64,000 nt of DNA from Blepharisma stoltei ATCC 30299 (taxonomy: Eukaryota; Protista; Ciliophora), in contig CBFDEM010000013.1 in assembly GCA_965603825.1 (NCBI GenBank), positions 496,001-560,000 on the forward strand, given 5' to 3'. Of the stretch, positions 49,843 to 61,372 are shown piece by piece. Numbering within the stretch: position 1 is the first letter of the stretch; each line of letters starts with the position of its first letter. The translations under genes were made by a program, and so were the position numbers. Under the pieces are notes generated by a model, which was not told the origin of the DNA, searched no databases, and worked only from the letters and a program-made list of their open reading frames with translations.

Positions 49843-51510
49843 TTAAAATTCTAATTTAGATTTAATTTCCTCAAAGGAGTAAGTAAGTAGAGACTGAATT
49901 ATTTGCAAAGATGTAGGCTGGCTGCTGACTATATTAACTAGAAAATCCGCTTTTAAATTTGTTGTGATTTTTGGAGCTCTTCCATCAATTGAAATTTTTA
50001 TATCTAGATAACGGGTGCCCTTCCATATTCTGACCGAAAAATCTACCCTTTCTTGCTTGGCATCAAAATTGTGCCATAAAATTTCAAAAGAATTACTTTT
50101 TAGCTCTTCCTCCATTAAATCTGTAATTTGTTTTAGAAGATGAACTGGTGTTAGAAAACTCATAAGAAAACCATTTAGGACTTCTGGTATCACTTTGTAA
50201 ACATTTAAAATTTTTTGGCGAAAATATTCGATATAGATGAAGCGCATACTTTCGAGACGTTGCCTTTCAATGTCTTTCTTTGGGACTGCTTCGATATCCA
50301 GTACTAAATTTACTATATATCCATGTTGAGTCTCTGAATTCGACAGCTTTATTTTAAAGTTAAACCTAAACTCACCAATTCTGCTCAATATCGCTGCTGC
50401 CTCCAACGCCCCTTGCTTAACTACTTGTGCCCCTGGGAAAAGCTCATTAATATTTCTATTCAAAAAAATCATCGATGACAACAAAGCATGCATAGATGCT
50501 ATAAAATTCAAAATAAATGATAAAGCTCGCTTTACATGCTGAGGCTTATGAAGCTCTAAAGTCTGATATAGAGGCTCTTTGTCACCTATTTTTATTGTAT
50601 TACTGTATCCTTTCAGATCAGGATCTTCTAGTGTTTTAGTTACTAAATGGTGCAAACACTCTGCGAATTTGTGTATAGGTTTCAGCTTGGGGTAAATTAG
50701 TCCCATATCTGCAATTTCTAGGGTTGTGCTGAAAGATTGAATTCTAATAGAAACCATATGTACGTTCATATAGCAGATTTTTACTTCATCAAAACTATTA
50801 GCCATACACTTAAATCCTGCAGCCTGATACGAATACGGCACATAATTTTTCCCAGCCAAATGTGCAAAATCACTCAAACACTCATCCAGAATTAACTGAA
50901 ATTCCGCAGATAGGCACAATGACCTATAAATTTCGCTCAAGTTTACAGGACACCTCATATATCAATAAATTTCATACAGCTGTGCAGTCAATAAAGAAGG
51001 ATGTGCAATCAGCGCAGGCTGTGGAATTCCTTCTTTATTTGGTCCATCTCTGTTATTAATAATTTTTGTAGTCAATGAAATTTCTTTATTGCTGGTCTTA
51101 ATTAGCACAGTTGATGACTCATGAGTCAAAGTTTGCATAGAAATATTAAAATAATTTGACAATTCTTGGACTACTTGCTCAATTCTATTTGATATAAGCA
51201 CAGAGTGAAAGTTTATTTGGTTTATTTTTTGTTCAATTGTATTAGCAATTTCTTGCATGAGGGCTTTGCCGAGCTTGTGCATTTCTTTTAAGTTAAAAAT
51301 AAAAGTTAGTGTTTCGGAAGGTTTGTCGTATATAAGCTGATAGACGGGGTTGGTAATTGTGTATGTTTCGGATTGTGAGGAGTTTTCGAATGGAGAAAAC
51401 CCTGAAGGGACTTCGGAGATTTGCACGTTTAAACAATTGCTAAATTGGATTGATGCTTTGGCTGGGTAGGTGGCGTTCTGAAATAAGCATTTGAAATCGA
51501 TTTCTTGCAT
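49843..51510 (-). CDS. Hypothetical protein (~555 aa)
   Basis: ORFs 50962-51510 and 49843-50958 join in frame through TGA; no motif recognised. Confidence 0.75.
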
Positions 51511-51572
51511 ATTAATTTTTATAAGTTTATTAATAGCTTTAAGATAGAGTGAATAATAAATTTAGAAAAAAA

Positions 51573-51912
51573 TGATAGGCAGCTTCAAAAGTGCTTGAGG
51601 AAAGAACTTTAATGAAAGTTGTGAGTATGATGGGATGAATTTATTAAAATTGAGGGCATTGATGATTATGAAAATAAATATAAAAATCTAAGCACTTGAT
51701 CTAGGAATTATTTTGGGACTAATGATGAAATTAAAGAGAAAGTTATTCAAAAAATGTTTGAGATAAAAGCAGACTCAAAATATATAAAAGCTGATAAATA
51801 ATAAACGCAAATGAGGTTATAAAGAAGCTACAAAACTGAAAAAAAATTAGAAGAAATTCTAAATAATTTTACAGAAAATGATATAGAAAATGTCCTAAAG
51901 CTAATATTCAGC
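51573..51912 (+). pseudogene. Degraded coding remnant
   Basis: Protein-like frame WWDEFIKIEGIDDYENKYKNLSTWSRNYFG..LEEILNNFTENDIENVLKLIF with several TAA; cut at the duplication junction. Confidence 0.4.
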
Positions 51913-52217
<305 letters not shown>

Positions 52218-52306
52218 CTTTAAAATAATTTTTCCCAATTAATTATTGATTTAAGCTTTGAGAGATTAAGAATGCAAATAATTTTTGAGGAAAGTCACTT
52301 TAAACT

Positions 52307-53416
52307 TTAAACCGCAGTTGAAAGTCCAATTCTTAAGTTGCCCATGTCGAAGAGAGTGTAATAAGTTCTAATAAAGAGGTCACCAAGGATAATTGTATTA
52401 TCCATACCAGGTCCTAAGTCTTCAGGTTGCCATCCGTTGATGCATTGATAGGAGTTTCCGTTAGGGATTTGCAAGACATAAGCACTTGGAGGCATAGCAT
52501 AAGTAACTCCTCCAAGAACAATATTTACTGTTGGAAGCTTACTTATATTTGAACAATCTTCAGCTACTACTCCAATATTCACATTAATTTCGTTCACAAT
52601 ATTAAAGCTTCCTACAAGCAGTGAAGTCGTAGTATCGAAAGTTGCATTGAATCCAGTTCCAGAAATAGCTTGTCCGCCTACGCTTATAGCTCCTATCTTG
52701 ATAGTCCACATCTCTTGCTTGTATAGAGGAATATAATTCCAGTCCCCTTTCGACAACGTTGAGTTATAGCCTCCTAATGTAAGAGTGCTTCCTGCTTGAT
52801 TTGCATTTTTGGTTAAATAAAATGCAAAGCTGTTATTAGTTACCAGCCCTTGTTTATATAAATAAGTGAATGCTAGAGGAGGCAGCTTCTCTACAGAAGT
52901 TGAGAAATAGGCCATTCCTAATATCCCATCTGGCTTGGTTTCCAACCAGCCAGATCCATCAAGATAGGTCATTTCTCCAAATTCAACGTCTTTGACAGTG
53001 AATCCGCCCCAGGTCAAAGTGTCTTGCGACACAAAGCCATTAGCTTCACCTTGGTCATAACCAAAATAAAGAATATCCCCATTCTTTTTATATGTGGATG
53101 ATGCTGCTGAGTTATAAGTATGGTGCGTATGGCAAGCTAGGGAGGTGCATGTTTTCGATGGCACCCAAAGGAGTGGAGAATTTGTATCGAAAACAACAGT
53201 AAAAGGCTGAGGAGGAGTCCCAATCGAAATCGGGCCATAATATTGAGCATCTAAATAGTTAGAAATCGGGACATTACTTGCCCCAAACAGCCTTCTGAGC
53301 TGAATAAGCTTGAAATAAGCATATTGCTCTTCTTCTGTCTTATAGGTATGAGAGAGAGGAATTTCAATGACTCCGAGAGCTGCAATAAAAAAAAGTGAGA
53401 GAACAAATATCTTCAT
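52307..53416 (-). CDS. Pepsin/cathepsin-D-family aspartic protease with altered catalytic motifs (DTN, DTT)
   Basis: Signal peptide, [40 protein letters not shown]. Confidence 0.93.
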   Translation of the reverse strand: MKIFVLSLFFIAALGVIEIPLSHTYKTEEEQYAYFKLIQLRRLFGASNVPISNYLDAQYYGPISIGTPPQPFTVVFDTNSPLLWVPSKTCTSLACHTHHTYNSAASSTYKKNGDILYFGYDQGEANGFVSQDTLTWGGFTVKDVEFGEMTYLDGSGWLETKPDGILGMAYFSTSVEKLPPLAFTYLYKQGLVTNNSFAFYLTKNANQAGSTLTLGGYNSTLSKGDWNYIPLYKQEMWTIKIGAISVGGQAISGTGFNATFDTTTSLLVGSFNIVNEINVNIGVVAEDCSNISKLPTVNIVLGGVTYAMPPSAYVLQIPNGNSYQCINGWQPEDLGPGMDNTIILGDLFIRTYYTLFDMGNLRIGLSTAV

Positions 53417-53613
53417 CTTATTTTTATATTTTCGCCAAGATAAAGTTGAAAATGGAAATCAAATTTTGGGTATATTTAACAATTGACACCATTTAGATTT
53501 GAATATAAGCGTTTTAGTCCTTCCCAAGACAAGCTTCATTAAAGAAATCGAGAAATAAAGAGCTTGAAAATATTATATAGAGATTAAAAGTCAAAGATTT
53601 TTAAATTGAAGAT

Positions 53614-53698
53614 TATTACTTAAAGGGCAGTAGAAAACCCAACTCTTGAGCCACCCATATCGAAGTGAGTGTAATAAGTTCTAATGAAAAGATCTCCA
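53614..53698 (-). pseudogene. 3' fragment of an aspartic protease
   Basis: Near-identical to 57828-57912 (GDLFIRTYYTHFDMGGSRVGFSTAL*). Confidence 0.88.
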
Positions 53699-53717
53699 GC
53701 AAGGAGAGGAGCAGCAT

Positions 53718-54800
53718 GGAGATAAATACGGTCTGCGAATGCCTACCTGCAGAATTTTTTGTAATCTTAATTAAGTTAAGTTTAAGGTGTAAATTACGAG
53801 CTCAACGATGAGCAACTTCAATATCAATATATAGCGGATGAAAATTTTATATTAGGAAATAGAAACACCTAACTATTCGATTTTTTGATTTCTTGTTTTT
53901 ATGAAATCTATGGAACAAGAAATATTTATTTTGTGTCTAAAAAGATGTTTAGTTTCGCAGAATAAGTGGGTTTATTTGTGCAATGCACCTTTTATACCTG
54001 TTATCATACACTGGATTTAATCAAAAATTAATTATTTCTAGGGATAATCCTGGAGTATGAGTGTATGATATGTTTCTGGATTCTTATAGCCACTATTCTC
54101 CGATGAATGGGAGTCTTAATAAAATAGCTGATAAAAGCCTAATTAAATTTGCATGAAAAATAATTTTTTATTTTCTCAAAATTTAATCAAGTGTACTCCT
54201 GTGACGATCCTTTATCTGAGTGAAGTCTTATTTATGAATTTAAGAATGGATTGTTATTTCCAAAGCTGAACCAAATAACTTTAATTTACACACATTTTGA
54301 GGGATCAATCTACTATCTTAAATGATTTAGTATTATATAAATTTAAGATGAAAAAATTTAAATATATATAGATTTGATGTTTTAGGAGGGAGTGAGAAAT
54401 ATGACTTATTGCAAAATAAATAAGAAAATTTGGCTCCAATTCCTTATGGGCTGAATTTTCAATATGGCTGCAATGCTCTTTTTAGAAATTGCATTTAATG
54501 ACAGGGCATTATCTTCAAAATATTGTTAGTTATAGTATAAACTGGGATGACTATAAAGATATTCCTAATATAACTTTACAGGAAAGTTTTTTCAAGACAA
54601 TACTGAAAGGGAATGATAGAATTTATGTTATTGAGAAGGGAGGAAGGATTTTTGAAAGTGAAATAAATGATGCAAAGAATTGAAAAGTGGCTGGGGATAA
54701 TAATATTGATAGCGTTAATCAGTCTTCAGTAGTGAAATATAAAGACTGCCTATATTTTGTATCTTCAAAAAAGGTTAGTAAGGTTGCAATAATATAAAAT
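53718..54800 (+). pseudogene. Degraded Zn-ribbon/kelch-like gene
   Basis: Remnants VCECLPAEFF, SEKYDLLQNK*ENLAPIP, RIYVIEKGGRIFESEINDAKNWKVAG..YKDCLYFV resemble the 33-39 kb family; several stops and frameshifts. Confidence 0.65.
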
Positions 54801-55118
54801 CAAAATGCTATTTTCTTATCTTGATTTATTTTTAATTTAATATTGGGTATTTTTGTCATGACCTTCGTATTTCCTCAGTAGCTGTACTAGTTGCATGTAT
54901 GGCAGAATATAAATCGCATGCTAAAACCTCTTTTAAGTTGAGAATCTAAAGCCTTACATTCTAATTTACCTAAAGGTAGGTGTAAAAAATTAAAAATAGA
55001 AGAGTTACAGAGCAGAAAATCTTTATAATAATGATTATACTTAAAATAGCTTCTGATCTATAAATTATGAATAAATATTAAAGCAAAGTCACATTATTTT
55101 CTCTAAATTTTATTTAGG

Positions 55119-56225
55119 TTAAATAGCTGTAGAAAATCCAACTCTTGAATTTCCCATGTCAAAAAGGGTGTAATAAGTTCTAATAAAAAGATCTCCCAGA
55201 ATAATTGTATTTTCTAGCTCAGAGCCCATGTCTAAAGGTTCCCACCCTAAGATGCACTCATATTGGCCTCCGCTCTCCACCTGCCAGACATAGGCACTCG
55301 GTGGCATCGCATAATTAACTCCTCCCAGCACAATATTCACTGTAGGAAGACTAGACAGATTTGAGCAATCTTCCGCAACAGCTGGGATCATAGACACCAC
55401 CTGATTTACAATTTTGCTATCTCCCATGAGCAACGTAGTCCCAGTGTCTACAATAGCTTTAAGGTTCTTTCCAGTAACATTTTTGCCGTTAACTGAAATA
55501 GAGTCCATCAAAATCAGCCACCATTCTTGCTTATATAAAGGCACATAATGCCAGTCTCCTTTAGAAAATGTTGAATTATAACCTCCTAGTGTAAGAGTGC
55601 TCCCAGCTTGATTATCGTTTTTAGTCAAATAAAATGCAAATGAGTTGCTTGATACCAGTCCTTGCCCAGCTAAATAAGTAAACGCTGGAGGCAGGCCATC
55701 TGGAGAAATTGATTGCCAAGACATCCCTAAAATCCCATCAGACTTGCTAGTAATCCAAGCTGTTCCCGGTAGAGTTGTCATTTCAGCGAAAAGCACATTT
55801 TTAACTGTATAGCCTCCCCAAGTCAACGTATCTTGGGAGATAAATCCACTGCAAGCTCCTTTACCGTATTGAAGACTAATAGAGGTGCCATTTTTCGCAT
55901 AAGTAGAAGAAGCTGCTGAGTTATAAGTATGATGCAAGGAGCAAGCTAAAGACGTGCATTTTGATGATGGGACCCAGAGTGTTGGAGAGCCTGTATCAAA
56001 AACAACTATAAATGGCTGAGGAGGAGTCCCAAGTGAGATAGGGCCATAATATTGAGCGTCTAAATAATTTGTCAAAGGAATATTAGTTCCTTTAAGAAGT
56101 CTTCGGATTTTAAGGTATCTGAAAAAGGCATATTTCTCTTCAGGAGTTTTATTGACAGGACTTAGAGGAATAGAAACAAGTCCTAATGTGCATATGAAAA
56201 GCAGCGGAAGAATTAGAAGCTTCAT
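55119..56225 (-). CDS. Secreted pepsin/cathepsin-D-family aspartic protease
   Basis: Signal peptide from ATG 56225, [30 protein letters not shown]. Confidence 0.95.
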   Translation of the reverse strand: MKLLILPLLFICTLGLVSIPLSPVNKTPEEKYAFFRYLKIRRLLKGTNIPLTNYLDAQYYGPISLGTPPQPFIVVFDTGSPTLWVPSSKCTSLACSLHHTYNSAASSTYAKNGTSISLQYGKGACSGFISQDTLTWGGYTVKNVLFAEMTTLPGTAWITSKSDGILGMSWQSISPDGLPPAFTYLAGQGLVSSNSFAFYLTKNDNQAGSTLTLGGYNSTFSKGDWHYVPLYKQEWWLILMDSISVNGKNVTGKNLKAIVDTGTTLLMGDSKIVNQVVSMIPAVAEDCSNLSSLPTVNIVLGGVNYAMPPSAYVWQVESGGQYECILGWEPLDMGSELENTIILGDLFIRTYYTLFDMGNSRVGFSTAI

Positions 56226-56238
56226 CTTTAAGATTATT

Positions 56239-56294
56239 TTCCCCAATTTAAAAATGGAAAGATATTATGTTATTTTTCACCAGATTAAAAATGG
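56239..56294 (-). promoter_or_regulatory. Two copies of the CCATTTT-N5-TGGNGAA motif upstream of the protease
   Basis: Plus strand TTCCCCAATTTAAAAATGG (56239) and TTCACCAGATTAAAAATGG (56276). Confidence 0.55.
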
Positions 56295-56521
56295 AGTGAC
56301 ATAAAGATATCTTCACCAAAAGAAAGAGAAGAAAGAATTATATCAATAATCAGACGATTCTGTAAAATTAATTAACTTTAGCGATTTCTTGATAAAATAA
56401 GTAGGATTATTGATAATTAAAGAGTGCACTTTTAATAATTTAATATAAAATAATTAATTATTGATTTAAGCTTTAAGAGATTAAGAATGCAAATTGCTTT
56501 TGAGCAAAGTTACTTTAAACT

Positions 56522-57628
56522 TTAAACCGCAGTTGAAAGTCCAATTCTTGAGTTGCCCATGTCGAAGTAAGTGTAATAAGTTCTAATAAAGAGGTCACCA
56601 AGGATAACTGTATTTTCCATTCCAACTCCTAAGTCATCAGCTTGCCATCCGTTGATGCATTGATAGGTGTTCCCGTTAGGGATTTGCCAGACATAAGCAC
56701 TTGGAGGCATAGCATAAGTAACTCCTCCAAGAACAATATTTACTGTTGGAAGCTTACTTATATTTGAACAATCTTCAGCTACTGTTCCAATTATGGCATT
56801 AATTTGGTTCACAATTTTAGAGCTTCCTACAAGTAGCGAGGTCCCAGTGTCGAGAATCGCTTTGAATCCAGTTCCGGAAATAGCTTTCCCGCCTACGGTT
56901 ATTGCTCCCATCTGGATAAGCCACCACTCTTGCTTGTATAGAGGGATGTAATTCCAGTCCCCTTTCGACAACGTTGAGTTATAGCCTCCTAATGTAAGAG
57001 TGCTTCCTGCTTGATTTGCATTTTTGGTTAAATAAAACGCAAAGCTGTTATTAGTTACCAGCCCTTGTTTATATAAATAAGTGAATGCTGGAGGCAGCCC
57101 ATCTGCTGAAATTGAGATCCATGCCATTCCTAATATCCCATCTGGCTTGCTATCCACCCAGGTAGATCCAGGAAGAGATGTCATTTCTCCAAATTGAACG
57201 TTTTTGACAGTGAATCCGCCCCAGGTCAAAGTGTCTTGCGACACAAAGCCAGTGCAAGCACCTTTGCCATACTCAAGAGAAAGCGCTGTCCCATTCTTCA
57301 CATATGTGGATGACGCAGCTGAGTTATAAGTATTGTGCATATAGCAAGCTAGCGAGGTGCATTTTGACGATGGCACCCAAAGGACTGAAGATCCTGAGTC
57401 GAAAACAACAGTAAAAGGCTGAGGAGGAGTCCCAATCGAAATCGGGCCATAATATTGAGCGTCTAAATAGTTAGAAAGCGGGACGTTACTTGCCCCAAAT
57501 AGCCTTCTGAGCTGAATAAGCTTGAAATAAGCATATTGCTCTTCCTCTGTCTTATAGATATGAGAGAGAGGAATTTCAATAACTCCAAGCGCTGCAATAA
57601 AGAAAAGTGAGAGAACAAATATCTTCAT
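56522..57628 (-). CDS. Secreted pepsin/cathepsin-D-family aspartic protease
   Basis: VFDSGSSVLWVP, AILDTGTSLL; closest paralog of 52307-53416. Confidence 0.95.
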   Translation of the reverse strand: MKIFVLSLFFIAALGVIEIPLSHIYKTEEEQYAYFKLIQLRRLFGASNVPLSNYLDAQYYGPISIGTPPQPFTVVFDSGSSVLWVPSSKCTSLACYMHNTYNSAASSTYVKNGTALSLEYGKGACTGFVSQDTLTWGGFTVKNVQFGEMTSLPGSTWVDSKPDGILGMAWISISADGLPPAFTYLYKQGLVTNNSFAFYLTKNANQAGSTLTLGGYNSTLSKGDWNYIPLYKQEWWLIQMGAITVGGKAISGTGFKAILDTGTSLLVGSSKIVNQINAIIGTVAEDCSNISKLPTVNIVLGGVTYAMPPSAYVWQIPNGNTYQCINGWQADDLGVGMENTVILGDLFIRTYYTYFDMGNSRIGLSTAV

Positions 57629-57642
57629 CTTATTTTTATATT

Positions 57643-57672
57643 TTCACCAAGATAAAAATGGAAAATGGTGAA
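57643..57672 (-). promoter_or_regulatory. Protease upstream motif with inverted-repeat extension
   Basis: Plus strand TTCACCAAGATAAAAATGGAAAATGGTGAA; TTCACCA and TGGTGAA are complementary. Confidence 0.55.
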
Positions 57673-57833
57673 TCAAATTTTGGGTCTATTTAAAAATGAC
57701 GTCATGCAGATTTGAATATAAGCGTTTTTAGTCCTTCCCAATGGCAAGCTTTATTGAAGAAATTAAGAAATGAAGCCTCACAAATATTATATAGAGATTA
57801 AAAGTCAAAAATTTATAAATTGAAGATTATTAC

Positions 57834-58937
57834 TTAAAGGGCAGTTGAGAACCCAACTCTTGAACCACCCATATCGAAGTGAGTGTAATAAGTTCTAATG
57901 AAAAGATCTCCAAGAATAAGTGTATCTTCCATGCCAAGACCTAAGTCATCAGCGTCCCATCCGTTGATGCATTGGTAGGTGTTTCCATTAGGGACTTGCC
58001 AGACGTAAGCGCTAGGAGGCATAGCATAAGTAATAGATCCGATCACAATGTTCACTGTTGGGAGTTTGGAAATGTTTGAGCAGTCTTCAGCAACAGTTCC
58101 AATTATGGCATTAATTTGGTTCACAATTTTAGGGCTTCCGACAAGGAGAGTGGTGCCAGTATCAACAATAGCTTTGAAGCCAGTTCCAGTGATAGCTTTT
58201 CCACCTACAGTAATGGCTCCCATCTGAATAAGCCACCATTCTTGTTTGTAAAGAGGGACGTAATTCCAGTCTCCTTTGGACAGGGTTGAGTTGAAGCCTC
58301 CTAAGGTAAGGACGCTTCCAGCTTGGTTTGCAGTCTTGGTGAGGTAAAATGCAAAGCTGTTGCTAACGAGTCCTTGGCTAGCTAAGTAAGTAAAGGCTGG
58401 TGGGGTTCCATCTTCAGCAATTGCTTGCCAGGCCATTCCGAGGATTCCGTCTGGTTTGCTCTCAATCCAGGTTGTGCCAGGAAGGTGAGTCATTTCTCCG
58501 AAGAGGACGTTTTTGACAGTGTAGCCACCCCAGGTCATGGTGTCTTGTGAAATGAAGCCAGTGCAGGCACCTTCTCCGTATTGAATGGAAATAGCTGTTC
58601 CGTTCTTCACATAGGTGGAGGAGGCTGCTGAATTGAAAGTGTGATGCATGTAGCAGGCGAGGGAGGTGCATTTGGAAGATGGGACCCAGAGATTGGATGA
58701 GCCAGTGTCGTAAACGACTGTGAATGGTTGAGGAGGGGTTCCAAGGGCGACTGGGCCGTAGTATTGGGCATCCATGTAGTTGGTGACTGGAATTTGGTTT
58801 CCTTTTAAGAATTTTCTGAGCTTAAGAAAGTTGAAGTAAGCTAATTGCTCCTCTGGGGTGCTGTAAATTGGGGAGAGTGGAATATCAACTGCTCCGAGAG
58901 CAACGATGAAAAGGAGAGATATCGCTAAAACCTTCAT
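57834..58937 (-). CDS. Secreted pepsin/cathepsin-D-family aspartic protease (GC-richest copy)
   Basis: VYDTGSSNLWVP, AIVDTGTTLL; strong preference for C-ending codons suggests high expression. Confidence 0.96.
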   Translation of the reverse strand: MKVLAISLLFIVALGAVDIPLSPIYSTPEEQLAYFNFLKLRKFLKGNQIPVTNYMDAQYYGPVALGTPPQPFTVVYDTGSSNLWVPSSKCTSLACYMHHTFNSAASSTYVKNGTAISIQYGEGACTGFISQDTMTWGGYTVKNVLFGEMTHLPGTTWIESKPDGILGMAWQAIAEDGTPPAFTYLASQGLVSNSFAFYLTKTANQAGSVLTLGGFNSTLSKGDWNYVPLYKQEWWLIQMGAITVGGKAITGTGFKAIVDTGTTLLVGSPKIVNQINAIIGTVAEDCSNISKLPTVNIVIGSITYAMPPSAYVWQVPNGNTYQCINGWDADDLGLGMEDTLILGDLFIRTYYTHFDMGGSRVGFSTAL

Positions 58938-58951
58938 CTAAATATTATAAG

Positions 58952-58970
58952 TTCACCAGTGCCAAAATGG
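58952..58970 (-). promoter_or_regulatory. Protease upstream motif
   Basis: Plus strand TTCACCAGTGCCAAAATGG, 14 nt from the ATG. Confidence 0.55.
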
Positions 58971-59619
58971 CAGCGTGTGAGGCAAATAATTTCACCACTT
59001 AACAAGAAAGGTGGATAGATAAAGAGAAAATTAAGGTAATTAATTCTGAAGAAATTTAGGGGTATTTTTTAAGTTCGTAATCGATAATTAAAAGTTTATG
59101 GCTTCCCCTAAGAATGGACAATATTTTTGTTGATTATGGAATGGTTTTTTGAGTTTATTTTAGATTTTGAATTTACCAAATTTGCATTATTTTGAAAGGA
59201 GCATTACTATATATTATCAATTTTATACGTTGTATATTGCAGCCTAAAATTTAATGAAGTTTACATATTAAAAACATTGAATATCTGTGAGAATGTTACG
59301 TAAAAACGGTTTTATCTCCAAAATTTTCTCGCTACTTCCAGAGCATTGATTTTCCTAATATTCATTACTGGAGCAAGAGAATTTTTTGCGTTTTTGCTTA
59401 GAGTTTATGGAATGATTAATTTATTAACAGAACTGAATTAGAATGAAATAAAATGCATTTAGCAAATTTTCTTTTGATTTCTTATTTTCAGCCTAAAAAT
59501 ATTTAGATTAATCTCTAATTTAATTTTATCTGAATGTATAAAATAAAGAATTTTATAGTTTCAGAACTACTTTTTCTAAATTTACTAATATTTTAACTTA
59601 ATTAGAAATAAATTTAATG

Positions 59620-60729
59620 TTAATTTGCAGTTGAAAGTCCAATTCTCGAATTTCCCATATCAAAAAGAGTATAATATACCCTCATAAACACATCCCCAAG
59701 AATGATCGTGTTTGCATCTTCAGTACCTGAAAAATCTTCAGCTTCCCACCCATTCATGCACGAACTTCCTGATCCATTAGGTATCTGCCAAACATATTGA
59801 TTTGGAGTCAATACATAGCTAATCCCTCCTAGGACAATAGTCACATTTGGAAGTTTCGACAGATTTGAGCAATCTTGAGCCACAGTTGGAATCATTGCAT
59901 TGATTTGGTTGACAATCACACTGTCCCCTACAAGCAAAGTTGTTCCACTATCAAGAATCCCTAGTATCCCACTTGCAGAAATCGCTTTTCCGTTTACGCT
60001 AATAGAATCTATGCTAATAGTCCACCAAATCTGTTTAGTGAGAGGAATATAATGCCAGTCACCTTTAGAAAGAGAAGGATTATAGCCACCTAACGTAAGA
60101 GTGCTTCCAGACTGCCCAGAAACTTTTGATAAATAAAATGCAAAAGAGTTGTTTGATATCAAACCTTGGCTGTATAATAAAGTAAAAGGAGGAGGAAGGC
60201 TATATGCTGAAAGAGAGGGCCAAGCCATTCCTAAAGTTCCGTCTTCTTGGGAGTAAGACCATGAGGATCCTTGAAAACTTGTCATTTCTCCAAAGACAAC
60301 TTTTTTAATTGAATATCCGCCCCAAATCAGGGTATCTTGAGAAAGAAAGCCGCTTACACTGCCTTGGCCATAGCCAATATAAAGCGATGTGCCATTTTTT
60401 ACATAAGTTGAAGAAGCAGCTGAGTTATAGGTATGATGGTTAAAGCAGTATAAAGACGTGCATTGGCTTGAAGGTACCCATAAGTTGGAGGAGCCTGTGT
60501 CGAAAGTAACTGTGAAAGGCTGTGGAGGAGTTCCAATTGATATAGGACCGTAATATTGGGCATCTAAATAGTTAGCGATAGGAACTCCAGATCCTTTAAG
60601 GATTCTTCTCAGCTGGACACGTTTAAAGTAGGCCAATTGCTTATCAGAGGTTTCATAGATAGGGTATAAAGGGATTTCAATGATCCCTAAAGCAGCGATA
60701 ATAAGTAGTGATGATATCAAATAATTCAT
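59620..60729 (-). CDS. Secreted pepsin/cathepsin-D-family aspartic protease
   Basis: TFDTGSSNLWVP, GILDSGTTLL, ILGDVFMR; ATG 60729 (60747 is an alternative). Confidence 0.95.
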   Translation of the reverse strand: MNYLISSLLIIAALGIIEIPLYPIYETSDKQLAYFKRVQLRRILKGSGVPIANYLDAQYYGPISIGTPPQPFTVTFDTGSSNLWVPSSQCTSLYCFNHHTYNSAASSTYVKNGTSLYIGYGQGSVSGFLSQDTLIWGGYSIKKVVFGEMTSFQGSSWSYSQEDGTLGMAWPSLSAYSLPPPFTLLYSQGLISNNSFAFYLSKVSGQSGSTLTLGGYNPSLSKGDWHYIPLTKQIWWTISIDSISVNGKAISASGILGILDSGTTLLVGDSVIVNQINAMIPTVAQDCSNLSKLPNVTIVLGGISYVLTPNQYVWQIPNGSGSSCMNGWEAEDFSGTEDANTIILGDVFMRVYYTLFDMGNSRIGLSTAN

Positions 60730-60770
60730 TTGATTATTAAAATTCATAAAGATAACGACGGATGATTAGA

Positions 60771-60790
60771 TTCTCCAACTAACAAAATGG
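60771..60790 (-). promoter_or_regulatory. Protease upstream motif
   Basis: Plus strand TTCTCCAACTAACAAAATGG. Confidence 0.5.
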
Positions 60791-61372
60791 AGTTAATTGT
60801 GGCTCTTTTTATATAAATTCATGAGTTATGGCTATTTAGCCTTGGGTTTTCGATAAGCAATAAAAATTTTTGATTAAATATAATTCAAAATATTTTATTT
60901 ATATTTTGATCTATTAAGCGTTGAATTATATTAGAATATAAAAGAAATCTTAAGGATTCAAAAGAAGTAGAAATAAAATCAGATTTTTGCCACTAAATAA
61001 GAGTGTATGCTATTTCTTCCTAGCAAATGCTGGTAATTTCGAATTTTTATTAATCCTCCTTAAATTTATGCTAATAATGAACGAAATATGCTATTCTTCA
61101 TTTATTTTAGATATAGATGCTTACGTAGTTTCCATGATAATTCATTTTTTTGCATTCTTAGCTATATTAGAAGTCTCTTTATAATTAATCATAGGCTTAA
61201 AGCAAACTTTTCGTAGTATAATATAAAACTATTTCGATAGGCTTTCTACAGACTTCTGTAAATGCAATTTTTCCTTAAATTTGCCTTTTCCTATTAATTT
61301 TTTTAAAAATCTCCAACTTTTCAGAGAAAAATATAATTCCGTATAAAATTCCATAATATATTTTAGCGAGAA

